Positions 1 to 10,241 of a stretch of DNA of 64,000 nucleotides are shown here, in pieces. Origin of the DNA: a virus (taxonomy: Duplodnaviria; Heunggongvirae; Uroviricota; Caudoviricetes). Both the position numbers and the translations under genes were made by a program. The notes beneath the pieces are model-generated. The model made no database searches. It saw only the letters and a list, made by a program, of their open reading frames with translations, and had not been told where the DNA came from. How positions within the stretch are numbered: the stretch's first letter is position 1; every line of letters starts with the position of its first letter. The stretch is from IMG/VR virus record IMGVR_UViG_2541047879_000001. The stretch is one strand, 5' to 3'.

Positions 1-566
1 GCATTCGCCGCCCTGTTTACCGTTTCCCGTAAACCGACGTTATCGATAAAAGCCCCTTTATCCGGAATGTCTGCGCCGTTCTGCTCCCTGCGCAGGTAAC
101 GGTTATCACCTTCGCTTTTGCTGTAAACATCCAGATTATTACGGGCGGTTCCCTTATTCTCCAGGTCGGCGAGATTCTGATCCTTCGCCAGGGCATTAAC
201 GTCAGCGGGACCAAGACTGTTTTTTGTGGCAAGCGTCCCCAGACCAAGATAACCACGGGCCAGACGCTGGGCCTCCGCACCGGCATCAGCAATTTCTTTC
301 AGGTTATTTTTCCGGGAAAAGGCATTCGCAGCGATAATGGCTTTAATGGACAGCGTAAGCTGGTTTAACTGCGCCTTATCCGGCTGAATACTGGCTTCAG
401 CCAGAATATTCAGCAGTTCGGCCTGGAGAATATTCAGCCAGTCCTGACCAATCCAGCTGATACCTTTTTGTCCGTCACCTTCGGTAAACCAGGTGGTGGT
501 ATTACTCTGCGCCGGTGCCAGCGCAGGCATATTCGCCACGCCGGAATTATTATCAACATGAAACAT
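1..566 (-). CDS. Tail fibre protein, N-terminal part (Mu S-like); 3' end beyond window
   Basis: ATG at 566 (rc), translation MFHVDNNSGVANMPALAPAQSN..., open to position 1; lies immediately downstream of the baseplate genes. Not in ORF track because no stop occurs in window. Confidence 0.55.
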   Translation of the reverse strand, partial: MFHVDNNSGVANMPALAPAQSNTTTWFTEGDGQKGISWIGQDWLNILQAELLNILAEASIQPDKAQLNQLTLSIKAIIAANAFSRKNNLKEIADAGAEAQRLARGYLGLGTLATKNSLGPADVNALAKDQNLADLENKGTARNNLDVYSKSEGDNRYLRREQNGADIPDKGAFIDNVGLRETVNRAAN

Positions 567-1126
567 TAAATAGTCTCCTCTTCATGGCTGTTTGCATAAA
601 CGTAAATAAACGTCTGCCATGCAGGCTTATAACGGTTCAGAATACATTCCAGCGCACCGCCTTCATAAATACGCAGCGGCGTGAGAATATCATCCAGCAC
701 ATTCATATTCCGGTAGCCGGTTTCACTGTTAATCGTGACAATACTGACCCACTGCGAATCCGGTGAGGGCTGAATGTCAATCTGATAACCAAACTCCGCC
801 GCAAACCGGATATAAAATTCACGGTTCAGCGAGGGCTTCATCCGGTATTTATTTCCGGCATAACGCTGTCGCTCCGTGAGGGTGGCTCCGGCCATATCAC
901 ACTCGGGAAGCCCGAGATAACGCTCCCAGTCTTCCAGCAGCAGGCGCGACGTGTCAGGGAAACGCTCGGCAAGCAGCTGTTTACCCGTCCAGGATACACG
1001 CGCTGTCGAATGACTGAGGCCCAGACATAATGATGCCAGTACGGATGACGGACGCTTGTCCCATGCCAGCCCGTCAGGCAGTAACTGCAACAGGGCGCGC
1101 TGATGCGGGGTCAGGGTTACAGCCAT
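566..1126 (-). CDS. Tail/baseplate protein (Mu gp48-like)
   Basis: 186-aa ORF, 4-nt overlap with downstream tail fibre start, follows baseplate J-like gene. Confidence 0.55.
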   Translation of the reverse strand: MAVTLTPHQRALLQLLPDGLAWDKRPSSVLASLCLGLSHSTARVSWTGKQLLAERFPDTSRLLLEDWERYLGLPECDMAGATLTERQRYAGNKYRMKPSLNREFYIRFAAEFGYQIDIQPSPDSQWVSIVTINSETGYRNMNVLDDILTPLRIYEGGALECILNRYKPAWQTFIYVYANSHEEETI

Positions 1127-2199
1127 GTGATTTCTCCTACCGTCAGCAGCTCACTGTCTCCCGCCTGAACTGACGTCAGCGGACTGCGCACTTCAAAATC
1201 CTCCAGATTTTTCACCCCTGCCACCGCCCGCCAGAAAGACGACGGCAGAACCAGACCGCCGGGCCGGGATTCGTTATACAACAGGTCGGTCAGCGCCTGT
1301 TTTACGGCCGCCTGATTCTCCGGTGTTTTCGGGATGATCCTGATGCTGAAGGGCACCGGCTTATTGGTCAGTTTAAACACGGTCACCGTCGGCCCCAGAG
1401 GCTGTCCGACAGGCTGGCCGGTCGCCGGATCATCATGACTGCGGATATAATCCGCCACCCGCTGAACATCACCGTCACCGGGGAAAATATCCGGGTTATT
1501 ATCCTGAACAAACGTTACCCCCACGCTGCCCGCCTGCGGCCATTCCGGGCGGCACCATGCCCGCGTCACGCCCGGCACTTCACGCGCCCAGCGTTCAAAA
1601 TCATACTGCGTGCCGCCGGACGGTGGATTCTGCACCCGGAAAACCAGACGGGAAAGCAGCTCCGGCACGGTTTCCACATCCGCACCACCGGTGATCCCCG
1701 TTCCGGTCACCGTGGCCGTCTGGTTGATCCCCGCCTGCGGTGTGATAAATGTCAGTTTTGTCCCTGCCGGGGCATTCCCCGCACGACCGGCACTTTCGGC
1801 TTCCACACTGACATTCAGCGTACCGGCCTTACCGGTCAGGGAGGTGGTGATACGGTAAACCACGCCATCACTTCGCTGGAGAAGCACACCTTCCTTGATC
1901 CCCGCATCCGTGGTCAGCATCAGCTGAACCGGCCCGTCCCCCCGAGAGGCAGGCTTACGCATGACGCCCCAGAATGCACAGTGTTTCAGCAGTTCGGCTT
2001 CATCGGCTTCGGTCGGGATGATCTGACGCGCAATCCAGGCCAGATGCTCATGCTCCTGAGCAGATAACCCTGCCTGAGCGTAAGCAATGGCATTCAGGGT
2101 GGTTTCATTCACACCCGGCTGCGAGCCGGGCAGGCGCTGGCTGATATCCTGCTGTGTCTGCGTGATTAACTGTGCCAGCGGTAAAGGCTGATAAGGCAT
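1117..2199 (-). CDS. Baseplate J-like protein (Mu gp47-like)
   Basis: 360-aa ORF in conserved position; size and order typical of baseplate wedge protein J. Confidence 0.65.
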   Translation of the reverse strand: MPYQPLPLAQLITQTQQDISQRLPGSQPGVNETTLNAIAYAQAGLSAQEHEHLAWIARQIIPTEADEAELLKHCAFWGVMRKPASRGDGPVQLMLTTDAGIKEGVLLQRSDGVVYRITTSLTGKAGTLNVSVEAESAGRAGNAPAGTKLTFITPQAGINQTATVTGTGITGGADVETVPELLSRLVFRVQNPPSGGTQYDFERWAREVPGVTRAWCRPEWPQAGSVGVTFVQDNNPDIFPGDGDVQRVADYIRSHDDPATGQPVGQPLGPTVTVFKLTNKPVPFSIRIIPKTPENQAAVKQALTDLLYNESRPGGLVLPSSFWRAVAGVKNLEDFEVRSPLTSVQAGDSELLTVGEITWL

Positions 2200-2636
2200 T
2201 ACTCCCCCTTAAGATCAGCATAAAAAATCATGGGCCTCACTGAACCATCAGGCAGGGTTATGCGCACCGAAAGCGCCAGCCGCGCGTGTCCCACACGTTC
2301 TGCATGACAGACCACGGATGACGCCACGCCATCCTGACTGAGCCAGCCCAGCGCCTCATCCGCGTAAGCACGGGCACGGCTTATCACCGAGGCCAGCGTT
2401 TTTTCCCGGCTGAGAAGCCACAGACGGGAGCCAATGGGGCGCGGGCGAAAACTGTCTCCCCACCATCCCCGGCGGTCGCGCGTACCGTCAGGGATTTCAT
2501 CCGATGCCAGCGCCCGGCGGTCAGTAAACAGCGAAATCAGAACGGCCGTCAGCAGACTGTCATCCGTCAGCAGGTCGGCACCGTTCAGTTGCAGCGAACC
2601 GCATCCCTGATCCCACACAATTGCAATATCAGCCAT
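2199..2636 (-). CDS. Baseplate protein (GPW/gp25-like, Mu gp46-like)
   Basis: Start taken at internal ATG (MADIAIVWD...) overlapping upstream stop by 8 nt; the track ORF start at 2780 would overlap the upstream gene. Confidence 0.55.
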   Translation of the reverse strand: MADIAIVWDQGCGSLQLNGADLLTDDSLLTAVLISLFTDRRALASDEIPDGTRDRRGWWGDSFRPRPIGSRLWLLSREKTLASVISRARAYADEALGWLSQDGVASSVVCHAERVGHARLALSVRITLPDGSVRPMIFYADLKGE

Positions 2637-3243
2637 TCTCCGGCACTCCTGTCTTACTGCCTTCGCCGTTATCATGATGCACATGGCCGGAATACCGTAT
2701 CCCTGCAATAACGGCATCCGACATTGTGAACAGTCCCTGAGATTTCCCCGTACCCTCAAGCGCGAAATTACCCTTAACATGCAGGTTCTTATCCACCGTC
2801 ACATTGCCCGTAAAGGTGGCTTCCGGCGTATCCACCCGCATCCCCTCGTCGGCGTAAATCTCCAGCATTTTGCATGTCACAATAATGCGGCCATCCTTTG
2901 TTAACCGTATCCGGTGCCCCTCATGGTGATACACCCCCGTATCTCCGGCTGTGAGTCCGGTCGGGCGGCTGCGCCGGTCTTCCACCACAAGCACCACAGT
3001 CTGATCCCGCTGTCCGCCCAGACAGGCAAAAAAGGTTTCCGCACCCGGCAGGGGAACGCTGATCTGCCCGTACTGCTGGGGACGCTCCACATCATCAAAG
3101 GTTTCGCCGTCCATGCCGGTGAGCTGCACATTCTGCATTTTCAGTTCGTCATGTGTGCCGGTCAGAACGCCCCGGCCAAACAACAGGCGAATACCGCGCG
3201 TTACCGGGGCAATCAGGCGGCTGAACACTTCATCATTCATCAA
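2629..3243 (-). CDS. Baseplate spike/assembly protein V-like (Mu gp45-like)
   Basis: 204-aa ORF between tail protein P-like and gp46-like genes. Confidence 0.55.
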   Translation of the reverse strand: MMNDEVFSRLIAPVTRGIRLLFGRGVLTGTHDELKMQNVQLTGMDGETFDDVERPQQYGQISVPLPGAETFFACLGGQRDQTVVLVVEDRRSRPTGLTAGDTGVYHHEGHRIRLTKDGRIIVTCKMLEIYADEGMRVDTPEATFTGNVTVDKNLHVKGNFALEGTGKSQGLFTMSDAVIAGIRYSGHVHHDNGEGSKTGVPENG

Positions 3244-4357
3244 AGCTGATCCCCTGTTTTTTCATCTGCTGGCGAATAAAGGCATCAACATCGTCACCGG
3301 AACCACCCCGGCCCTTACTGTCCGGCTCTGCCGGAACGATAAAGCCGTCACGCGGTGCCAGTACCAGCCGGGTGACTTCCCCGTTATGCTCATCAAGTAA
3401 AAACTCCACCTGACAGACCAGCAGTTCAGTCTGTTCTATACCGAAACGCAGGGCTGAAACACCGGTCAGCAGATTGACATCCCATAACCGGCCATCATCC
3501 CGGAACCAGCCACGCACGGTGGCAGAAAACCGTTCTGAACGGGCAATCGCACGGCGCATTTCACGCAGGGCACGCTGCCGTGCACCGGTGATGCCTGTCT
3601 GTTGATCGGCGAGGATGATTTTCGGCCGGTAGCGGCCGATCTGCTCATCACTGATGACGCCCACAGGTGCTGCCAGACGGGCGGCGGATTCGCTGTCTCC
3701 CCGTTTGCCACCACCGCGCCCGTGTCCCCGGACACGGTATTCGCTGTATCGTCCTCGCCAGTCCGTGTTGTAATCGGCATCAAGCAGGTTATCTCCCAGC
3801 ACCAGTCTGTCCGTCTGCTGGCTTCCTGCCTGGGTGAACACCAGATCGCCGTCAGCATTACTGGTCACCAGCACCCCGCGATGCCGGGCAGCACGGGTCA
3901 GCGCATCCGCCACGGTTTCTGAGTTTTCCAGCGTAAAAGAGCTGAAGGGGCGTGCAGCCGTGTCGTCGTTAACCTGCCAGCGCACGGCTATCCCGAAGGG
4001 CGCACATAAATCTGCGGCAATCTGTGCCAGCGTCCGGTTGCGCCACTGGCTGCCGGGATGGATGGCGGCACAGTCCACCAGGTCGCCGGTTTTATCCCGA
4101 CCGCTGATGCTGATCTGATGACGGGTTGCACTGATCCGCTGACTGACCTGATCCAGCCAGCCACTGATGACCGTCTGCCCGTTAATTCTGAGCGTCAGGG
4201 ACTGACCGGTCCGCAGGGCTGAGGGGATGCGCTCACCGGGCAGCATCAGCCCCAGTTCAAACGACCCGGCCAGATGCTCCAGCGAGCGACGGACGCTGAC
4301 CGTCAGCCAGCCGGAAAAAATACTGCCGCCGATATACAGTTCAATCCTGCTGCTCAC
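3233..4357 (-). CDS. Tail protein P-like (Mu gp44-like, baseplate hub)
   Basis: 374-aa ORF, translationally coupled to neighbours, conserved order after the DNA circulation protein. Confidence 0.6.
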   Translation of the reverse strand: MSSRIELYIGGSIFSGWLTVSVRRSLEHLAGSFELGLMLPGERIPSALRTGQSLTLRINGQTVISGWLDQVSQRISATRHQISISGRDKTGDLVDCAAIHPGSQWRNRTLAQIAADLCAPFGIAVRWQVNDDTAARPFSSFTLENSETVADALTRAARHRGVLVTSNADGDLVFTQAGSQQTDRLVLGDNLLDADYNTDWRGRYSEYRVRGHGRGGGKRGDSESAARLAAPVGVISDEQIGRYRPKIILADQQTGITGARQRALREMRRAIARSERFSATVRGWFRDDGRLWDVNLLTGVSALRFGIEQTELLVCQVEFLLDEHNGEVTRLVLAPRDGFIVPAEPDSKGRGGSGDDVDAFIRQQMKKQGISFDE

Positions 4358-5699
4358 TGATCACCTCCACGCGGCGGCCACCCGGAACAAAAACCGGATC
4401 GGGGATATTGTTTCTGCGGACAAAATACTGCCAGCGGCGGCTGTTACCGGTGGCACGGTACAGCGTGACCAGTGCCGGTTCGGTGGTTCGCACCATGACC
4501 TGAAAAGCACCGGGAAGATGCACGCTCCGCGTGGTTAAATCTTCTGTCAGCGCAAGCCCTGCATCACGTAATGCAAGGGCGGTGCCGGTATGGCCCTGTG
4601 CGGACAGATCCAGCACCTGTTGTTCCATGGCATCGCTCAAATCCCGGTTGATACGCTGCACATCAGCAGAACTTTCCAGCCAGGCCAGTCCGCCCGCACG
4701 GTCAGTATCCTGAACGTGCGTCGTATTCTGCCGGATGACCTGATCCAGCAGTTTTCCGACCGTCTGCGCCTGCGACACCAGGGCTGCACTCTGCATGACG
4801 CTCCGCAGCAGACGGATATTGTTCTGTGCCGCAGGCGTCAGACCAATCAGGCGCTGCGGATCATCCTGTTCGCTGAGGGTGTAACGCAGGGAAGAAAGTG
4901 TGCGGTACAGCTGCGGCATGGCCTGCTCTGTCGTGCTGTCACGGTTTGTGGTCAGGCTGCCGGACGGCGTTCCGGCTTTTCCGGTCAGCGACAGGGAAGG
5001 ATCGCCGGGCAGCCCCGCCAGCACGGCAAACATTCCGGCCAGCGATTCAGCCATGCGACGGGGCGCATTAATCAGGGCGGCGGCATTCCCTTTCAGGGCA
5101 GTAAAACTGGCCGTAAAGGCACTGATATCCTGCACAATCCCCATCCCTGAAACGGCATTCTCCAGCGCATCAATTTTATCGCTGATGGTGTCGGTCATGG
5201 CCTGTACATCATGCAGACCGTCTGAAATCACCGTCCAGCCGTCTGAAAGTGTGTTAAACAGCTGATTCATTGCTGAGCCGCTTTTCTGCTCCAGCGCAGC
5301 TGCCGTATCTTCTGCCACCGAAGGGGCGGTATCGTCACTGGCGGGGATCACGTTGATCGTGAACTCAACCGTTCCCTGCTCGCTGGCGTTATAACGGCTT
5401 TCAAAGCTGTTTATCAGCACGTTTAACGTGCCGTAATCCGGGTGCATCAGTTCACCGGCACCGGGTGCACGCAGCGCATCACGCAGGCGGCTTCGCTGTG
5501 TCTGAAGATCGTCTCCGGTCACTAGAACCGTGAATGTGAACTCCGGGAGTTTTGGCCCCAGATCATCCGCACCGCCGCTTTCACGCAGTGGGTATTCACG
5601 GCGCACAATGTTACGTCCGCCCCGTTCCCGCTGCTCCTGATAAACCAGGAACGGTACGCCACGAAAGGAGCCACGCCCCGGCGTGTCAGTAGAGGCCAT
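4341..5699 (-). CDS. DNA circulation protein N-like (Mu gp43-like)
   Basis: 452-aa ORF directly downstream of tape measure gene. Confidence 0.6.
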   Translation of the reverse strand: MASTDTPGRGSFRGVPFLVYQEQRERGGRNIVRREYPLRESGGADDLGPKLPEFTFTVLVTGDDLQTQRSRLRDALRAPGAGELMHPDYGTLNVLINSFESRYNASEQGTVEFTINVIPASDDTAPSVAEDTAAALEQKSGSAMNQLFNTLSDGWTVISDGLHDVQAMTDTISDKIDALENAVSGMGIVQDISAFTASFTALKGNAAALINAPRRMAESLAGMFAVLAGLPGDPSLSLTGKAGTPSGSLTTNRDSTTEQAMPQLYRTLSSLRYTLSEQDDPQRLIGLTPAAQNNIRLLRSVMQSAALVSQAQTVGKLLDQVIRQNTTHVQDTDRAGGLAWLESSADVQRINRDLSDAMEQQVLDLSAQGHTGTALALRDAGLALTEDLTTRSVHLPGAFQVMVRTTEPALVTLYRATGNSRRWQYFVRRNNIPDPVFVPGGRRVEVISEQQD

Positions 5700-7743
5700 A
5701 GTTCCCTCCGTTCCAGACGTTCACATCCAGGCCATGCTGTGCGGTATCATCCACATCAATACTGCGCGCCCGCCAGCCTTCAGGGGCCACAAGCTCCACC
5801 CGTGCGGCGGTTTTCGCGGTGGCCTGTCCGCCGTTTTCGTCACTGCTGCCACGCAGTTTCTGCCAGGCCTGCGTCAGCCAGCCCCCCAGATAATCACCGA
5901 GATAGCTGCCCACCGTGGAACCAATGGCAACCCCGACCGGACCGGCAGCCGCCCCCAGCGCGCCACCGGCGATACTTCCGGCAAGAGAACCCACGGCACC
6001 GGCTTTATCGGCTGCACTGGCGCTGCTGTCCAGCAGTACAGGAGCCGCCATGGCACCGGCCCACAGGGCACCACCACCCAGCCGACCGGCACCACGGAAC
6101 AGCCCGGCAAAACGCCCCAGCCCCATGCGGTTTCCGGCCGCCGTTAGCAGACCACCGGCACGGCTCATCATACGACCGAAGAAGCCCTGTTTACCGGCAC
6201 TCTCCGCCAGTTGCTCACCGGCAGTCACGACGGTCGTGACACCCCGTCCACGTCCGGGGCCGCGTTTTTTACGGCCGCGCACGGTTTTGCCGTCACCGCT
6301 GACCACCACATCCCCGCCACCTGAGGCCAGGCCACCCGCAGGCCAGTTGGTGACCAGCACGGGCTGAACGGCAGCCGGATTTACCCCGGTAAGGAAATTC
6401 AGGAACCGGCCAGCGCGTCCGGGCTGCGTTCCCGGTACAGTGGTCTGCGGTTTGCGGAAGGGCGACGTCAGCACGGAGGTCATCGCCATGCCATAGCGTA
6501 AGGGGGTTGCGCCGAGACGTAATGCCCCCGTCCCCGCAAACCTGAGCACCTTCAGCGCACGGGAGGCGAGATACATATACATCAGGTACTTTGCGGCGGT
6601 CTGCGCACCCTGACCAATACGATCCAGCGCATCGCCATAACCGGCGTCGCGCAGTGCCTGAAGCGTTTCCCTGACTTTCTGAATGACCCGGTAAAAGCCG
6701 GTCGCAGCGTCTCTGGCATACTCAAATCCCTGATTCAGAGCTAAGGCCGTCTGTGTGGCCAGCTTATCCTGTAAGCCGCTTTTCTGTGCCGCATCGGCAT
6801 AATCCAGGAAGCCTTTCAGGCTCTTTTTCAGGCTATCAAACGGTCCCTTTGCCATCACCTCGCGGGCAAATCCGTCCCAGACATCGCCCATCATGGACGT
6901 CATTCCCGTCCAGGAATTCATGGCGTTTTTCTGGGCACCTTTTGCCTGTTCGGCCATCACCTGAAATAACAGGCGAATGCTGTCCGGCCCCAGTTTTCCT
7001 TTTTCGCCTTTCTCACGGATGATCTTCTGGTTTACGCCCAGCTTATCGGCCAGTAACTGGTAAACGTTAATCCCGTATCCGGTCAGAATATTGGCGTCCG
7101 CTGCCTGGATACTCTGGCGGGCAAACATCTGTTTGAGTTGCAGGGACGCACCCTGTGCATCTGACAGTGACCAGCCGTGATAGCCGCCCTGATCCTGAAG
7201 CATGGTAATAAAGCGACGGGCTTCCCTGTCACTCATGCCAAACCCGCGACTGGAGGCGTATTCCTGCATAACCCCCGCCAGCCCCCAGGTGGTGTCTTTG
7301 GCGTTCTGTACTGCCCAGGCTTTCACTGCTTCCGTTTTTGCCGTATCGCCATGATTAATGGCGTTGAGACGCAGAATATAGTTCTCCATCTCTGCGGCCG
7401 GGCGGATAAAGGCTTTATTAAAACCGTAGACCGCAGCCCCTCCCGCCAGCATCCCGTAAAGGTTGCTTATCCGCCCGATGGTGCCGGTAATGCTGCCCTG
7501 CAGGCGGTCAAAATCTGACGTTACCGTGCGGATGCTGCCACGAACACCGGCAAGCGTTCGCTGCATACGGGAGCCGACAAGTTCTGTTTCCTGACCGGCC
7601 CGGCGGGCTGCATTTCCAAGACCACCCAGGCCTGTCCTGCCGGAACGGGAGAACGCCCCCAGCTCCTGTGACCACTGGCGGGATTTGGCGGAAATATTGC
7701 CGAGTAAATCGACAATCAGGGAGGCTTTCAGGTTTTTTGCCAT
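5686..7743 (-). CDS. Tail tape measure protein
   Basis: 685-aa protein, Gly/Ala-rich with repeated GxxxG-like stretches, downstream of tail assembly chaperone. Confidence 0.7.
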   Translation of the reverse strand: MAKNLKASLIVDLLGNISAKSRQWSQELGAFSRSGRTGLGGLGNAARRAGQETELVGSRMQRTLAGVRGSIRTVTSDFDRLQGSITGTIGRISNLYGMLAGGAAVYGFNKAFIRPAAEMENYILRLNAINHGDTAKTEAVKAWAVQNAKDTTWGLAGVMQEYASSRGFGMSDREARRFITMLQDQGGYHGWSLSDAQGASLQLKQMFARQSIQAADANILTGYGINVYQLLADKLGVNQKIIREKGEKGKLGPDSIRLLFQVMAEQAKGAQKNAMNSWTGMTSMMGDVWDGFAREVMAKGPFDSLKKSLKGFLDYADAAQKSGLQDKLATQTALALNQGFEYARDAATGFYRVIQKVRETLQALRDAGYGDALDRIGQGAQTAAKYLMYMYLASRALKVLRFAGTGALRLGATPLRYGMAMTSVLTSPFRKPQTTVPGTQPGRAGRFLNFLTGVNPAAVQPVLVTNWPAGGLASGGGDVVVSGDGKTVRGRKKRGPGRGRGVTTVVTAGEQLAESAGKQGFFGRMMSRAGGLLTAAGNRMGLGRFAGLFRGAGRLGGGALWAGAMAAPVLLDSSASAADKAGAVGSLAGSIAGGALGAAAGPVGVAIGSTVGSYLGDYLGGWLTQAWQKLRGSSDENGGQATAKTAARVELVAPEGWRARSIDVDDTAQHGLDVNVWNGGNYGLY

Positions 7744-7870
7744 GGGTTACTGCTTCGTTCTGAGAATTTTTTCGGTCTGTCGGCAGTGCCGGTAAAGCTG
7801 CGATAAAGGGAGGTTAAGCGCCCACTCCGGGCCGCTTTTTGTCACCATCCCCAGCACAATTGCGGCTTCT

Positions 7871-8350
7871 TCAATCTGATCCCGGCACTGCATCTGGTCG
7901 CCCCCGTTCAGCGACCAGCTTTCCTGCCATCGCGGAATCAAGCAGGCTTACCGCCGCCATCAGACGGGAGAGATCGCGCTCGCTGAGCTGTCCGATCTGA
8001 CGCGGAGACAATGGCCCCTCAATCTGGCCAACAGCGGCAATCTGACGGCGCAGCAGTGCAATGCCGCGCAGTGCCGGCGAGGCTATCAGAACCGGGCCGC
8101 CATTTCGGGTTTCCATAAGACGCTCGGCCTCGGTTTCCGCGTCAATGCTGTCTTTCGCCGTCAGTTCGCGGAAGGTGACGCGGTATTCACGGGATTCCCC
8201 GAACGGCAGACCGTCGAGCAGATCCACATAGCCGTTCGCCAGCTGTTCAGCCAGCCCGGCGGTGCGGGGATCGCCGTCTTCAAGTACATCCCGGATAGCC
8301 TCCATCACGGCCTCGTCAGAAACCGCCGTTTTTTTCTTACGTGTGGTCAT
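7871..8350 (-). CDS. Tail assembly chaperone (Mu gp41-like); possible frameshift extension to 7747
   Basis: 159-aa ORF between tail tube and tape measure; an overlapping ORF in another frame (7747-7941) ends right at the tape measure start. Confidence 0.45.
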   Translation of the reverse strand: MTTRKKKTAVSDEAVMEAIRDVLEDGDPRTAGLAEQLANGYVDLLDGLPFGESREYRVTFRELTAKDSIDAETEAERLMETRNGGPVLIASPALRGIALLRRQIAAVGQIEGPLSPRQIGQLSERDLSRLMAAVSLLDSAMAGKLVAERGRPDAVPGSD

Positions 8351-8364
8351 TGCATTTTTCCTGA

Positions 8365-8730
8365 TTACTGGACACGGGTACTGGTGGCGCTGGCGAACTT
8401 CGCGGAGATATCACCGCCACCGTCAAGCGAGGCCGGTTCACTGCTCCAGGCCTTCGTCATCATATGGACTTCACCGGTATCGGCCACGAACTCAATCGTG
8501 ACCGCAGTCCAGGTGTTGATTTCATCGGCAGCCGGTGAACCTTCTCCGCCAGCCGGAAATTTACAGTCCAGCGTCGCCTCACGGGGTTTCTCACGATAGC
8601 CATAGACTTTCGCGCCTTTCACCACTTCACGCTCAAAGCCGGACGGGGAGAACGTGGCTCCCTCAAGGGTGGCGTACTCCTGTCCGTTCACACGGATGGT
8701 GGCCGTGCCCTGATGCTGTTTTCCGCTCAT
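8365..8730 (-). CDS. Tail tube protein (Mu M-like)
   Basis: 121-aa ORF immediately after sheath gene. Confidence 0.65.
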   Translation of the reverse strand: MSGKQHQGTATIRVNGQEYATLEGATFSPSGFEREVVKGAKVYGYREKPREATLDCKFPAGGEGSPAADEINTWTAVTIEFVADTGEVHMMTKAWSSEPASLDGGGDISAKFASATSTRVQ

Positions 8731-8738
8731 GCCTTACC

Positions 8739-10241
8739 TCACAAAATGAAACGGATCTGCGCGGCCATGAAGCGGAACTGGTTAACCAGATCCGGTGTAC
8801 ACATCACATCCAGACGGTTACGGTCTTTTGTGTTGCGCTCCACGAGCAGATTCTTTTTAAAGGTGTCCAGATTTTCGACCAGCCCGAGTTCCACCCATTC
8901 TTCCCCCAGTGCAATCAGCTGGAGCGTCATAATCTCCGGCGTCACGATATTCTGACCGGGCCGGACGGGAGTACCGTTATCGGCCAGTTTGTGGCGCGGG
9001 AAACGCTGCGTGATAAAGGTGCGCAGGGAATAACGCAGATATGACAGGGTGTAGATGGTTTCTACATCCAGATAGCTGGGATCGCTTTCGCCGTATGCAT
9101 TCTGACGGTACATCGTCACCTGACGTTCAATCTGCACCACATCAGCGGCCGCAACGGTCACCGTGGACATGCCGGTATAAAGCAGGCTGTTTCGCTCTTC
9201 CCGCGTCAGACGAGCCGGTGCTTCAGGTGCCATACGGGCAGGCAGCGCCAGTGTCTGTAATGGTCGGGCCGGATCCGTTGACAGGGAGGGCGCACAGACC
9301 GCACAAATGGAGGCCGCCCAGACATAATCCGGCTCTGGTGCTTTAGGAATAGAAGTGCAGGTAAACAGGAAGTCATTACGGGATTCACCAAAACTGGTTG
9401 CCGTACCGAAGGTGCCGGTATGCGCCATCCAGACCATACCGTCCGACATTTTTACCGGTCCCCAGCGTTTCAGCAGTTCATCCGCCAGAATTTTGAGATT
9501 TGCCGCATCCTTATAGGGCATGACGATGTAGTTGTACTGACGATTCCCCATCCCTGAGACGCTACGGGTGATATCGGGGTTTGTTGCCTTCTGTGTTGGC
9601 GCGACGAGCTCCAGCGTAAGACCGGCCGGTGTAGTTTCACCGTCATAATAGTTCACCCGTAAATCATGAGCTGAGCATTCACCGATAAAGCGGGCGTTAA
9701 CCCCCATGCTCCCTTTAAGTCCTTCAGCATTATCACCACTGACTTCAGCTGCGATAGCAGTGAATGGCGCATCAGTGTCAGCGTTAATGACCTTAGCCAG
9801 CTCTTCCACAAGCTCTTTACCTTTTTTCCCCTTACTGACGGGCAGGAGGTAACGGCGACCGCCGATGTAAACACTTAACACCCCGTCTGCCAATGCTGTT
9901 CCAATGATATTCATCACGCATGCCCTGGACTGACCTGTTCCAGCCCCCTGTGCAATGGCATATAACTCTGTGTCAGGGTTAATGGCGATAAATTCCTCTA
10001 CCATCAGTGCAATCATGGAACCTCGCCCCCAGAGTTCTCTTGCTTGTGAAGCTCGGGTAATACGTACTGGTACATCAAGCTGACCGCGCCCCTGAATGGT
10101 GGTGTCTTTCATTGCAGCCTGACCAAACAACAGTACCGCCTGACGCTGTGGTGGAGTGCCGGTCACGGCCATTGAATTATTGATTTCAATCTGTACCAGC
10201 GGAATGCGATTGTTATCGCCGATATAATCAAAGTTAATCAT
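8739..10241 (-). CDS. Contractile tail sheath protein (Mu L-like)
   Basis: 500-aa ORF; size and position typical of myovirus sheath. Confidence 0.8.
   Translation of the reverse strand: MINFDYIGDNNRIPLVQIEINNSMAVTGTPPQRQAVLLFGQAAMKDTTIQGRGQLDVPVRITRASQARELWGRGSMIALMVEEFIAINPDTELYAIAQGAGTGQSRACVMNIIGTALADGVLSVYIGGRRYLLPVSKGKKGKELVEELAKVINADTDAPFTAIAAEVSGDNAEGLKGSMGVNARFIGECSAHDLRVNYYDGETTPAGLTLELVAPTQKATNPDITRSVSGMGNRQYNYIVMPYKDAANLKILADELLKRWGPVKMSDGMVWMAHTGTFGTATSFGESRNDFLFTCTSIPKAPEPDYVWAASICAVCAPSLSTDPARPLQTLALPARMAPEAPARLTREERNSLLYTGMSTVTVAAADVVQIERQVTMYRQNAYGESDPSYLDVETIYTLSYLRYSLRTFITQRFPRHKLADNGTPVRPGQNIVTPEIMTLQLIALGEEWVELGLVENLDTFKKNLLVERNTKDRNRLDVMCTPDLVNQFRFMAAQIRFIL

Noticed and set aside
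1435-2067. Plus-strand ORFs of 82-210 aa overlapping the Mu-like baseplate genes (1435-2067, 1610-1858)
   Set aside because: They lie antisense within a well-supported minus-strand gene in GC-rich sequence; typical shadow ORFs with no RBS or independent signal.
5683-6367. Plus-strand ORFs (5683-6147, 5739-6239, 5915-6367) and minus-strand 5874-6110 inside the tape measure gene
   Set aside because: Proline/arginine-rich translations of the antisense or alternative frames of a Gly/Ala-rich gene; artefacts of composition.
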